NCBI GenBank assembly: GCA_043759115.1
Contig: JAYVME010000521.1
Span: forward strand, 1 to 32,338
Reading direction: 5' to 3'
Source of the DNA: Betaproteobacteria bacterium
Lineage (GTDB): Bacteria > Pseudomonadota > Gammaproteobacteria > Burkholderiales > SG8-41
Length of the DNA stretch: 32,338 nucleotides
Shown here: piece by piece, positions 1 to 7,243 of the stretch
Numbering within the stretch: position 1 is the stretch's first letter
How the letters are laid out: the number at the start of each line of letters is the position of its first letter
The notes under the pieces: model-generated
Database searches by the model: none
Seen by the model: the letters and a program-made list of their open reading frames with translations, nothing else
What the model was told of the DNA's origin: nothing
Program-made: the position numbers and the translations under genes

Positions 1-6
1 ACGGCT

Positions 7-1002
7 TCAGTTGATCCGAATGCCCGCCGCTTTAACAATCCGCGTGTATTTTTCGATGTCGTTGCGGATCACTCGTTTGAACTCGGCCGGACTGCTGCCG
101 ACCGGATCGGCGCCTTCGGCGGCGAGCCTCGCCCTCAAATCCGCGCTGCGCAGATGCTGCACGATCTCATTATTGAGCCGCAGAACGATAGGCTTCGGGG
201 TGGCGCCGGGCGCCAGCACACCAAACCAGTTCGTCACGTCATAGCCTGGGACTCCTGACTCCGCAATCGTCGGCACCTCGGGCAGGGCGGACGAGCGCTT
301 CAGGCTGCCGACCGCGATGGCTTTCAATTTGCCCGCTTTGAGTTGCGGCAATCCCTGGATCACGGTGCTGAATAACAGTTGCACCTGTCCACCAATGACC
401 TCGGCGAGCGCGGGCGCCCCGCCTTTATAAGGAACGTGGACCATCTGCGTGCCGGTCATCATCGTAAATAGCTCGCCGGCGAGATGCGGCGACGAGCCGT
501 TGCCTGAAGACGCGTAATTCAGCTGTCCCGGTCGCGTCCGCGCAAGGGCGATCAGCTCCCTGACGCTGTTGGCGGGCAGCGAGGGATGCGCTACGAGCAC
601 GAAGGGGACCGAGGCCACCTGCGTCACCGCCATGAGGTCTTTGACGGGGTCGAACGCGAGCTTGTACACGCTTGCGTTTACCGCGTAGCTCGCCGAAACC
701 ATGAGTAGGGTGTGACCGTCCGGAGTAGCCGTCGCGGCAAGCGCGGCGCCGAGATTCCCGCCTGCCCCCGCGCGGTTATCCACGACGACCTGTTGTCCCA
801 TGCTTTCGCCGAGCTTCTGGCCTATCACGCGCGCAAGAATGTCGGTGCCGCCGCCCGGCGCGAAAGGCACGATCAAGCGAATCGGCTTCGTCGGGTAGTT
901 CTGGGCCGCGGCCGGAAGCGGGAAGGCGAATGAAGGAGCAAAGGTTACCGCAATGATCACCCGAATCACTCTACGTGACTGCGACCGCAGTGATGGCGTC
1001 AT
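7..1002 (-). CDS. Bug-family (TctC-like) periplasmic substrate-binding receptor of a tripartite tricarboxylate transporter
   Basis: ORF 7..1032(-). A signal peptide is followed by QNYPTKPIRLIVPFAPGGGTDILAR, VVVDNRAGAGGNLG, HVPYKGGAPA and LPEVPTIAESG blocks typical of Bug/TctC receptors. Start placed at the second Met (1002); 1032 is the alternative. Confidence 0.85.
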   Translation of the reverse strand: MTPSLRSQSRRVIRVIIAVTFAPSFAFPLPAAAQNYPTKPIRLIVPFAPGGGTDILARVIGQKLGESMGQQVVVDNRAGAGGNLGAALAATATPDGHTLLMVSASYAVNASVYKLAFDPVKDLMAVTQVASVPFVLVAHPSLPANSVRELIALARTRPGQLNYASSGNGSSPHLAGELFTMMTGTQMVHVPYKGGAPALAEVIGGQVQLLFSTVIQGLPQLKAGKLKAIAVGSLKRSSALPEVPTIAESGVPGYDVTNWFGVLAPGATPKPIVLRLNNEIVQHLRSADLRARLAAEGADPVGSSPAEFKRVIRNDIEKYTRIVKAAGIRIN

Positions 1003-1404
1003 CACAAATTCTTGGTGCACTCTTGGCTCCATTTTCGTGAGATCGGATTATTTGCGTGCCGCAGTTGCAGCACAAGAGCAGCACAAGACTTGCGAGGGTG
1101 CGCCGGTCCGCGAGTTTTATAATGTGAATTGCGCGTTAAGCGTAGCCTAGCACGTAAACACGCTAATCACGCTAATTAGGAAACATAGTGGCGACGCAGA
1201 TTTCGATCTGCATGTTGACGATCATCTGCCGGTGCCTAACGGTTTGCCGCAACGCACGCAGTTGCGCTCGATAAACTTGAGCTGCGCGTCACGATCGTTG
1301 GTATGTCCGTGCAATAAATTGCGACGTGAGTGATATTGCCAAGCGCGTGACGAGTTCGAATCGTTTGCATCGATCGCGCCACGCGATAACCCTGGCGTAG
1401 AACT

Positions 1405-2466
1405 TCAATACGTCGGCCGCGGCCGCAGGTATTTTTCGCGATCCATCGATTGCACGCCGAGCTTTTTGATCTCGGTGCCTTTCAATACATCCAGCACGAC
1501 TTCCGCGCCCGCATCGCCGCTCGCCCACAGCTTGCGGTAAAAATCCGTGTGCCCTTTCACCTGCTCGCCGCGGATGCCGACGATGATGTCGCCGTTGGCG
1601 AGCCCCGCCTGCTCGGCCGGGCTGTCGGGCGACACGCGCGTTATGATGAGATTGCCCTGCAAATCCTGCGTATTGATGCCCAGCCACGGGCGCGGCTTCG
1701 ATGACGTCTTGCCCTGCGCAATCAGGTCGCCCAGTATCGGCTTCAATAAATCGATGGGCACGAACAGGTTGCCGGGCACCTGTCCCTTGCCGCCGAGCGC
1801 GTCGCCGACCACCAGCGAGCCGACGCCGAGCAGCTTGCCTTCCTTGTTGATGAGCGCCGCACCCTGCCAGTTGACGGTCGCCGGCGCGGTATAGATCGCC
1901 TCGTCGAGGAGATACTCCCAGTATCCGGCAAACGGCCGGCGCGAGACGACGAAGGCCGGCGCCACGCCGTCGAAGCCGACAATCAGCACCGGCTCGCGCT
2001 CCGGCACCGTCGCCGAATCGCCGAACGAAATGGGTTTGACCGACGGCGGCTTCACCGATCGCAACAAACCGAAGCCGGTGGAAAAATCGTAGGCGATGAC
2101 GCTCGCCGGCAGCGCGCGTCCGTCGGCGGCGGAAACCTCGACCGATTCGGCTTCCTGCACCAGATAGCCGATGGTCAGGATCAACCCGCTCGAGTCAATG
2201 ACGATGCCGGTGCCCTCGCGCTCGGCGCCGAGCGTGTTGCGACTGCGTGCATTGGCCACGGCTTTGACGTGTACCCTGACCACCGAAAACGCGTCGACTG
2301 TCAGCGGTTCGCGCGCGCCCGTGCGCGGCGCGTCGGCGGCGCGCACGGGCACCGGCGCGACGAGGCAGTATGCGGCCATCAATAGCAGGCTGCCGGCGGC
2401 GCACCAGAAACCGTCACGCCTGCAATTGCCGCGACGAGTACCGATTAATGCAAGGCAATGCAACAT
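1405..2466 (-). CDS. HtrA/DegP-like (S1C trypsin-fold) periplasmic protein with C-terminal PDZ domain; catalytic triad apparently substituted
   Basis: ORF 1405..2880(-) trimmed to the Met at 2466, because the upstream part overlaps the SDR gene on the other strand. Predicted signal peptide ends ...LVAPVPVRA/ADA. Fold blocks are GTGIVIDSSGLILT and FGDSATVPEREPVLIVG. PDZ block is ITRVSPDSPAEQAGLANGDIIVGIRGEQV. The positions aligned by eye to DegP His/Asp/Ser read Tyr/Gly/Gln. Confidence 0.8.
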   Translation of the reverse strand: MLHCLALIGTRRGNCRRDGFWCAAGSLLLMAAYCLVAPVPVRAADAPRTGAREPLTVDAFSVVRVHVKAVANARSRNTLGAEREGTGIVIDSSGLILTIGYLVQEAESVEVSAADGRALPASVIAYDFSTGFGLLRSVKPPSVKPISFGDSATVPEREPVLIVGFDGVAPAFVVSRRPFAGYWEYLLDEAIYTAPATVNWQGAALINKEGKLLGVGSLVVGDALGGKGQVPGNLFVPIDLLKPILGDLIAQGKTSSKPRPWLGINTQDLQGNLIITRVSPDSPAEQAGLANGDIIVGIRGEQVKGHTDFYRKLWASGDAGAEVVLDVLKGTEIKKLGVQSMDREKYLRPRPTY

Positions 2467-2641
2467 TGTGCTGTTCTCCGGTGCCGCGGCAATCGCGCCA
2501 AATCCAATAGTATGCTTGAAACGACGCTTCGGCAATTGCGCGACTCGTGCGAAAATCCCGTTCCCGGCCGCGTCCCGGGCGCGGGCGCCGCGTGGACCAA
2601 TGTCATCAATATCGGGTGTCCAGCCCGAACAAAGGAGCATC

Positions 2642-3415
2642 ATGGAACTCGGATTGAAAGGCAAAGTAGCCATCGTCACCGGCGGCACCGAAGGCATCGG
2701 CAAAGCCTCCGCATTGGAGTTTGCGCGCGAAGGCGCCAAGGTCGCGATTTGTTCGCGCCGCGCCGAGATGGTCGCCAAAACCGTCGATGAAATCAAGCGC
2801 GCCGGGGGCGATGCGTTCGGCATGGCCGCCGACATGAGCAAGATGGAGGATATCGAGCGTTTCATCGGCGCGGTGGTCAAGCACTACGGCGGACTCGACA
2901 TACTGGTCAACAATGCGGGCACTTCCGCGCGTGGCGCGTTTCTCGATATCAAGGACGAAACGTGGCACGCCGACCTTGAACTCAAACTGTTCGGCGCAAT
3001 CCGCTGCACGCGCCTTGCGGTGCCGCATATGAAAAAACGCGGCGGCGGGCGCGTCATCAACATCACGATTTCGAGCGCCAAGCAACCCGGCGCCGGCTCG
3101 ATGCCGACTTCGATCTCGCGCGCGGCGGGGCTCGCCCTAACCAAAGCGCTGTCGAAGGAATACGCGGCAGACAACATCCTCGTCAACACCGTGTGCATCG
3201 GCAAGATCAAATCAGGGCAGCACGAGCGGCGATTCACCAAAGACGGTATCAGCGCCGACGAGTACTACGCGAAAGAAGCCAAACTGGTGCCGCTCGGACG
3301 CGTGGGCGAAGCCGAAGAAGCGGCCAACGTGATCGTGTTCCTGTGCTCCGCGGCGGCGAGCTACGTCACCGGCACGAGCGTGCATCTCGACGGCGGGATG
3401 TCCGGCGTGCTGTGA
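2642..3415 (+). CDS. Short-chain dehydrogenase/reductase (SDR) family protein, FabG-like, atypical active-site motif
   Basis: ORF 2171..3415 trimmed to the Met at 2642, which is preceded by an AAGGAG RBS. Contains the Rossmann motif KVAIVTGGTEGIG, the NNAG motif (ILVNNAG) and a C-terminal YVTGTSVHLDGG block. The expected YxxxK position reads T-S-I-S-R. Confidence 0.88.
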   Translation: MELGLKGKVAIVTGGTEGIGKASALEFAREGAKVAICSRRAEMVAKTVDEIKRAGGDAFGMAADMSKMEDIERFIGAVVKHYGGLDILVNNAGTSARGAFLDIKDETWHADLELKLFGAIRCTRLAVPHMKKRGGGRVINITISSAKQPGAGSMPTSISRAAGLALTKALSKEYAADNILVNTVCIGKIKSGQHERRFTKDGISADEYYAKEAKLVPLGRVGEAEEAANVIVFLCSAAASYVTGTSVHLDGGMSGVL

Positions 3416-3419
3416 GCCG

Positions 3420-3661
3420 GTGATCGTGCGCAAACTGTTGGCGGTCGCGTTGACGGCGCTGTCTTTCGTCGGCGCCGCTGCGGCGCCGTTGATCCTCGTC
3501 GTGCATCCGGCGGTGCCGGCGACCAGCGTCAGGGAATTGATACAACTCGCGAAGGTGCGGAGCCGGCGGGCGGCACGCCTGGGGCGTTCGCGCTGCATAT
3601 CAAGCGCGAACTCGCGCGCTGGTCGCAAGTCATCCGTCAGTCCCGGATAAAATCCGACTGA
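3420..3661 (+). pseudogene. Collapsed remnant of a Bug-family (TctC-like) receptor gene
   Basis: A GTG-initiated signal peptide (MIVRKLLAVALTALSFVGAAAA) is fused directly to PLILVVHPAVPATSVRELIQLAK. That block matches the mid-protein block FVLVAHPSLPANSVRELIALAR of the intact Bug gene at 7..1002. After a frame change, TPGAFALHIKRELARWSQVIRQSRIKSD* matches the Bug C-terminus SPAEFKRVIRNDIEKYTRIVKAAGIRIN. About 80 of ~325 codons remain. Confidence 0.6.
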
Positions 3662-3725
3662 TGCGTTGCCCGTCGCCGTGCAGCAACCCTCATCCACGCA
3701 ACAACCGTATGAAAGGTGTGCCAGT

Positions 3726-4883
3726 ATGAAAACGGTGGTGAAAACGCAAACCGACTGGGCAGCATTGCGCAGCGAGTTCCCGACGCTCCAGAACTGGACG
3801 TATCTCGACGTTGCACGCAAGACCGTACCACCGCGCTGCCAGGAACGGGCGCTGCAAGAATACACCCGCGACGTCTATGAGAATGCCGGCGCCGACGCAT
3901 GGTCCGCGACCAACGTCGCCGAGACGCGCTCGGTGATGGCGCAACTCCTGGGCGCCAAGCCCGCCGAACTTGCGTTCACCAAAAACACCACCGAAGGGCT
4001 CACCATCGCCGCCCACGGTTTCGATTTGAGGCCCGGCGACAACATCGTGCTGACCAATATGGAGCACGTCGCCAACATCTGGGTATGGAAGCATTGGGAA
4101 TCGAAAGGCGTCGAGATCCGTTATGCCGAGCACCGCGATGGCCGGCTTCCGCTGGACGCTTTTGTCGCGAAAATGGACGACCGCACCCGCGTCGTTGCGT
4201 GCGCTTATGTGACCTACGGCAATGGCTTCCGAGTCAACCTGCCGGCACTCGGAAAAATCTGCCGTGAACGCGATATCCGCCTTGTCGTCGATGGTGTGCA
4301 GGGTGCGGGCATACTCGCGACGCCGTTGTCCGAACTGGGAGCCGACGTGATTGCGATCGGCGGCCACAAGGGCCTGTTCGGCCTGACCGGGTCGGGACTG
4401 GTGTACTGCCGCGAGGAACTCGTGAATGAACTCAAGACGCCGTTCGTCAAAGCGCCCGTTGCCGAGGGGTCAGCGACCGCGCGCGCGCACGTCAACAGCC
4501 AGTTCGATTACGTCCGCATCGCGCACCGCTTCGAGGGCGGCAATCCCAACTTCCTCGGGGTGCGCGTGCTGCGGCGCGGCGCGGAATTCCTGCAGTCGAT
4601 CGGGCTGCCGCAGATCGAGCAGCGCGTGCGCGAGTTGTCGTCCACGTGCCTTAAACTGCTTAAGCAGGCGGGCCTGAAGACCCTCACCCCGGAAGCGTGG
4701 GAGGAGCGGGCGCAGATCGTCAACGTGCTGGCGCCGAATGCCGGCGAACTGATGGAGCGCTTGCGCGAAAAGCACCGCGTTATCGTCAACGTCAAGGACG
4801 ATGCGCTGAGGTTGTCGATGTCGTTCTTCAACAACGAAGAGGATCTCGACCGCGCGCTGCATGCGATCAAGCGCGAGCTTTAA
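3726..4883 (+). CDS. Class V aminotransferase-fold PLP-dependent enzyme (cysteine desulfurase / selenocysteine lyase-like)
   Basis: ORF 3666..4883 trimmed to the Met at 3726 (MKTVVKT). Blocks are AFTKNTTEGL, NMEHVAN, RLVVDGVQGAG and the PLP-lysine context IGGHKGLFG. Size is 385 aa. Confidence 0.82.
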   Translation: MKTVVKTQTDWAALRSEFPTLQNWTYLDVARKTVPPRCQERALQEYTRDVYENAGADAWSATNVAETRSVMAQLLGAKPAELAFTKNTTEGLTIAAHGFDLRPGDNIVLTNMEHVANIWVWKHWESKGVEIRYAEHRDGRLPLDAFVAKMDDRTRVVACAYVTYGNGFRVNLPALGKICRERDIRLVVDGVQGAGILATPLSELGADVIAIGGHKGLFGLTGSGLVYCREELVNELKTPFVKAPVAEGSATARAHVNSQFDYVRIAHRFEGGNPNFLGVRVLRRGAEFLQSIGLPQIEQRVRELSSTCLKLLKQAGLKTLTPEAWEERAQIVNVLAPNAGELMERLREKHRVIVNVKDDALRLSMSFFNNEEDLDRALHAIKREL

Positions 4884-4963
4884 GGCAAAGCTGCGGCAGC
4901 CGCCCAGGAAATTCCCGAACGCCAGGGATTCCCTGGACGACGCGCGCCTGAAAACCGTGAATT

Positions 4964-5039
4964 TGGTGCCGCTGCCCGGATTCGAACTGGGGACCTTCGC
5001 ATTACGAATGCGCTGCTCTACCAACTGAGCTACAGCGGC
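4964..5039 (-). tRNA. tRNA-Thr (anticodon CGU), 76 nt with encoded CCA
   Basis: The reverse complement reads GCCGCTG TA GCTC AGTTGGTA GAGC A GCGCA TTCGTAA TGCGA AGGTC CCCAG TTCGAAT CCGGG CAGCGGC ACCA. The 7-bp acceptor stem is perfect and the anticodon loop is TT-CGT-AA. The anticodon arm is identical to my recollection of E. coli thrW. There is one A-C mismatch in the T stem. Confidence 0.93.
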
Positions 5040-5251
5040 GTGATTCTGGATATTATTCGGCAGGATATTCGCGTCAAATATCCGAGCCGGATTTTAGCAT
5101 GATGCGACCGACATGCCGTATTTTGCGGAGCAACCAAACCAACCCGAACGGCTGGTACACGGCAATCGCTCGCGCATTATCGATATTACGGGAAATCGCG
5201 CATCACGGCCGGAATTGCATCCGCTTGCGCCGTGCGGGCGGTGCGCTTAAT

Positions 5252-5782
5252 TCAAACGCCAAACGCTCGTCGCGGCGCCCCATCGGCCGGCGACCATTGT
5301 TCCGCGCCGGCTTGCGGGCGCCGCCGCGGCCCGGCGCGTGGTGTTGTTGGCCGGGGCGCGCTCGACCTCACGCGCACGATGATATCTACACCCTCGGTTG
5401 CCATGCCCTGCGGCAGCGCCGGCAAGCCCGTCACGCGGATATCCCGCGCATCGATATCCGTCAGCACGCCGGTATCGACATTGTAAAAATGATGGTGCGG
5501 TTCCGTATTCGGATCGTAGAAGACTTTGCTTGGATCGACGATGACCTCGCGTATCAGTCTTTTCCCGAGAAAAAGGTTTAGTGTGTTGTAGACCGTCGCC
5601 TTTGAAGTCTCGGACGCGCGATCATTGACCACCGCAAGTATCTGGTCGGCGGACAAATGTTCGCCGCGCGAAAATATCGCATAGGCGATCTCCATGCGCT
5701 GATGCGTTGGATTGATTCCATGGCCGCGCAGCACGTCGGCCATATTGTCGCGAGTGTATTTGTTTTTAAACATTAAATTCAT
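5252..5782 (-). CDS. Fur-family transcriptional regulator, Irr-like (HHH motif, no CxxC pairs) with Pro/Arg-rich C-terminal tail
   Basis: ORF 5252..5782(-). The winged-helix block is PTHQRMEIAYAIFSRGEHLSADQI...KATVYNTLNLF, followed by FYDPNTEPHHHFYNVDTG and GVDIIVRVR, as in Irr-type Fur proteins. No CxxC zinc motifs are present. The start codon is uncertain (Met1, Met4 or Met14). Confidence 0.78.
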   Translation of the reverse strand: MNLMFKNKYTRDNMADVLRGHGINPTHQRMEIAYAIFSRGEHLSADQILAVVNDRASETSKATVYNTLNLFLGKRLIREVIVDPSKVFYDPNTEPHHHFYNVDTGVLTDIDARDIRVTGLPALPQGMATEGVDIIVRVRSSAPRPTTPRAGPRRRPQAGAEQWSPADGAPRRAFGV

Positions 5783-5922
5783 TTTAAACCAACGTTTGGA
5801 CTCTGTCTAACTCGATAGTTGACCGCCCGCCAGTTTTGCCAGCTGCGGCAACGTCCGTGAAGAACAATCCAGCGCCGATTCGCCACGGATCGCGCGGTCC
5901 GGATTGAGAGCGCGCCCGGCTG

Positions 5923-5944
5923 CCCTTGTGACACCCTTGTGACA
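5923..5944. repeat. Perfect tandem direct repeat, 2 x 11 bp (CCCTTGTGACA) in the fur/pil divergent intergenic region
   Basis: Read directly as cccttgtgaca cccttgtgaca. It lies ~140 bp upstream of the fur-like start and ~250 bp upstream of the pilE-like start. Confidence 0.6.
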
Positions 5945-5992
5945 TATCTCCCGCACGCAGCAGGCAACCATTGCCATTGGCCGCCGCACCAG

Positions 5993-6020
5993 TGGATATT
6001 GATGAGACAGGCACTATAAT
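5993..6020 (+). promoter_or_regulatory. Candidate sigma70 promoter for the minor-pilin operon (TGGATA-16-TATAAT)
   Basis: A perfect TATAAT sits at 6015..6020 and a TGGATA at 5993..5998, with a 16-nt spacer. This implies a ~165-nt leader before the ATG at 6192. Pattern match only. Confidence 0.25.
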
Positions 6021-6191
6021 CAACGCGCGGGCGCACCATCGCGCCACAGGGAAAAGTTGTTCTTTTTTAAGTGCTTGGGCGTCATGATCGACCACCGCCT
6101 CCGTTCGTTCCAACGAACAGACCGCTTATCGGTTGCTCGTGGCATTGATAACCCGGCGTCATTAAGATGCCAATGTCTAGGGAGTAATCAC

Positions 6192-6677
6192 ATGCGCCGC
6201 AATTCAGGTATGACATTAATTGAACTCATGATGGTGCTGGCCATCGTTGCATTGCTGGTTGCAATCGCGTTGCCCTCTTATCAACGCTATCTGGCGCGCG
6301 GCATCCGCTCGCAAGGGCAACAATTTCTGATGGACATTGCGCAGGCGCAGGAACAGTTCTTTCTCGATCAGCGCTCCTACGCCACGGATCTCGGCGCAGG
6401 CCCCGGGCTGCTTAACAGGACGATTCCGCCCGAAGTCACCGCGCAATACGTGTTGACGCGGCCTTTCAATGTAAATAATGCAGCGACACCGCCTACGTTC
6501 ATGCTCGTGCTCACCCCGAACGCCGGTGGAACAATGGCAACCAACGGTGACGGCGCCCTGATCCTCAACAACCTTCAGCAACGCTGGCGTGAAGTGGATG
6601 GCAACCTTATCTACAACCCGCATGTCGGGGCGACCGGCGACTGCACCTGGGACGCTACAAATTGCGTAGCACAGTAA
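6192..6677 (+). CDS. pilE: Type IV pilin, PilE-like minor pilin (prepilin N-terminal cleavage/methylation domain)
   Basis: ORF 6057..6677 trimmed to the Met at 6192, which is preceded by GGGAG. The leader MRRNSG is followed by MTLIELMMVLAIVALLVAIALPSYQRYLARG, with Glu at +5. The C-terminal Cys pair is CTWDATNC. Size is 161 aa. Confidence 0.85.
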   Translation: MRRNSGMTLIELMMVLAIVALLVAIALPSYQRYLARGIRSQGQQFLMDIAQAQEQFFLDQRSYATDLGAGPGLLNRTIPPEVTAQYVLTRPFNVNNAATPPTFMLVLTPNAGGTMATNGDGALILNNLQQRWREVDGNLIYNPHVGATGDCTWDATNCVAQ

Positions 6678-7243
6678 CCGCCGCCGCCGGCCGCCGCGCG
6701 CGCGGCTTTACCCTGATCGAAATCATGGTCGTGGTGACCATTGCCGCGATCATGCTGGTGATTGGCGTGCCGGCGATGGGAGAATTCGTGGCGGATCAGC
6801 GCGTGCGCACGGTGGCCTCCGACATCGTCTCGGAGATCGCGCTGGCGCGCGCCAAGGCAATCGAATCGAACCACCGCGTTTACATGCGAAAACTCGGCGC
6901 GACCTGGAACAACGGATGGCGCCTTTATGCCGACCTGAACGACAACGCCATCTATGACGCCGGCGTCGATCTCGAGCTCAAACGCTTCGACGGGTTCACC
7001 ACGGGCAACATCTACGTCTGCACCCTGCCGGTCGCCGCCTTTCCAATTCAGATGGCTTTTCGCTCGGATGGGCATATCGTGCGCGCCGGCGCAGTGCTCG
7101 CCACCGACGGCATCTACGTCGTAGATACTTTGGGCGACGCCGATCCCACCAACGACAAGATCCGCGGCGTTCAGTTCGGATTGTCCGGACGCGCCACCGT
7201 GGTCAAACTGAACGGGGCCGCCCTGCCATGTACCGCCAATTAA
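6662..7243 (+). CDS. fimT: GspH/FimT-family minor pilin
   Basis: The TTG start overlaps the upstream gene by 16 nt. The leader ...GRRARG is followed by FTLIEIMVVVTIAAIMLVIGVPAMGEFVADQRVRTVASDIVSEIALARAKAI, a typical GspH/FimT/FimU N-terminus. Confidence 0.8.
   Translation: MRSTVTAAAGRRARGFTLIEIMVVVTIAAIMLVIGVPAMGEFVADQRVRTVASDIVSEIALARAKAIESNHRVYMRKLGATWNNGWRLYADLNDNAIYDAGVDLELKRFDGFTTGNIYVCTLPVAAFPIQMAFRSDGHIVRAGAVLATDGIYVVDTLGDADPTNDKIRGVQFGLSGRATVVKLNGAALPCTAN

Noticed and set aside
2171-2880. N-terminal extensions that make the HtrA-like ORF (to 2880) and the SDR ORF (from 2171) overlap by ~700 nt on opposite strands
   Set aside because: Both extensions lack family similarity. Internal Met codons (2466 and 2642) give a proper signal peptide and a proper RBS plus Rossmann N-terminus respectively. 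The same logic was applied to ileS (20429 to 20147), pilW, pilY1, lspA, phnE and rpsT.
4884-5251. tRNA-Thr as an integration site for a genomic island, given the nearby pseudogene remnants
   Set aside because: No integrase, excisionase or transposase is present on either side. I found no direct repeat of the tRNA 3' end. The only partial match (AGTTCGAATC at 1353..1362) is 10 nt, is centred on the palindromic TTCGAA, and is in the opposite orientation.
6140-6156. Possible sigma54 (-24/-12) promoter upstream of the pilE-like gene (TGGCAT...)
   Set aside because: TGGCAT is present, but the -12 TTGC element is missing at the required N5 spacing (tggcat tgata accc). This is not a credible RpoN promoter.
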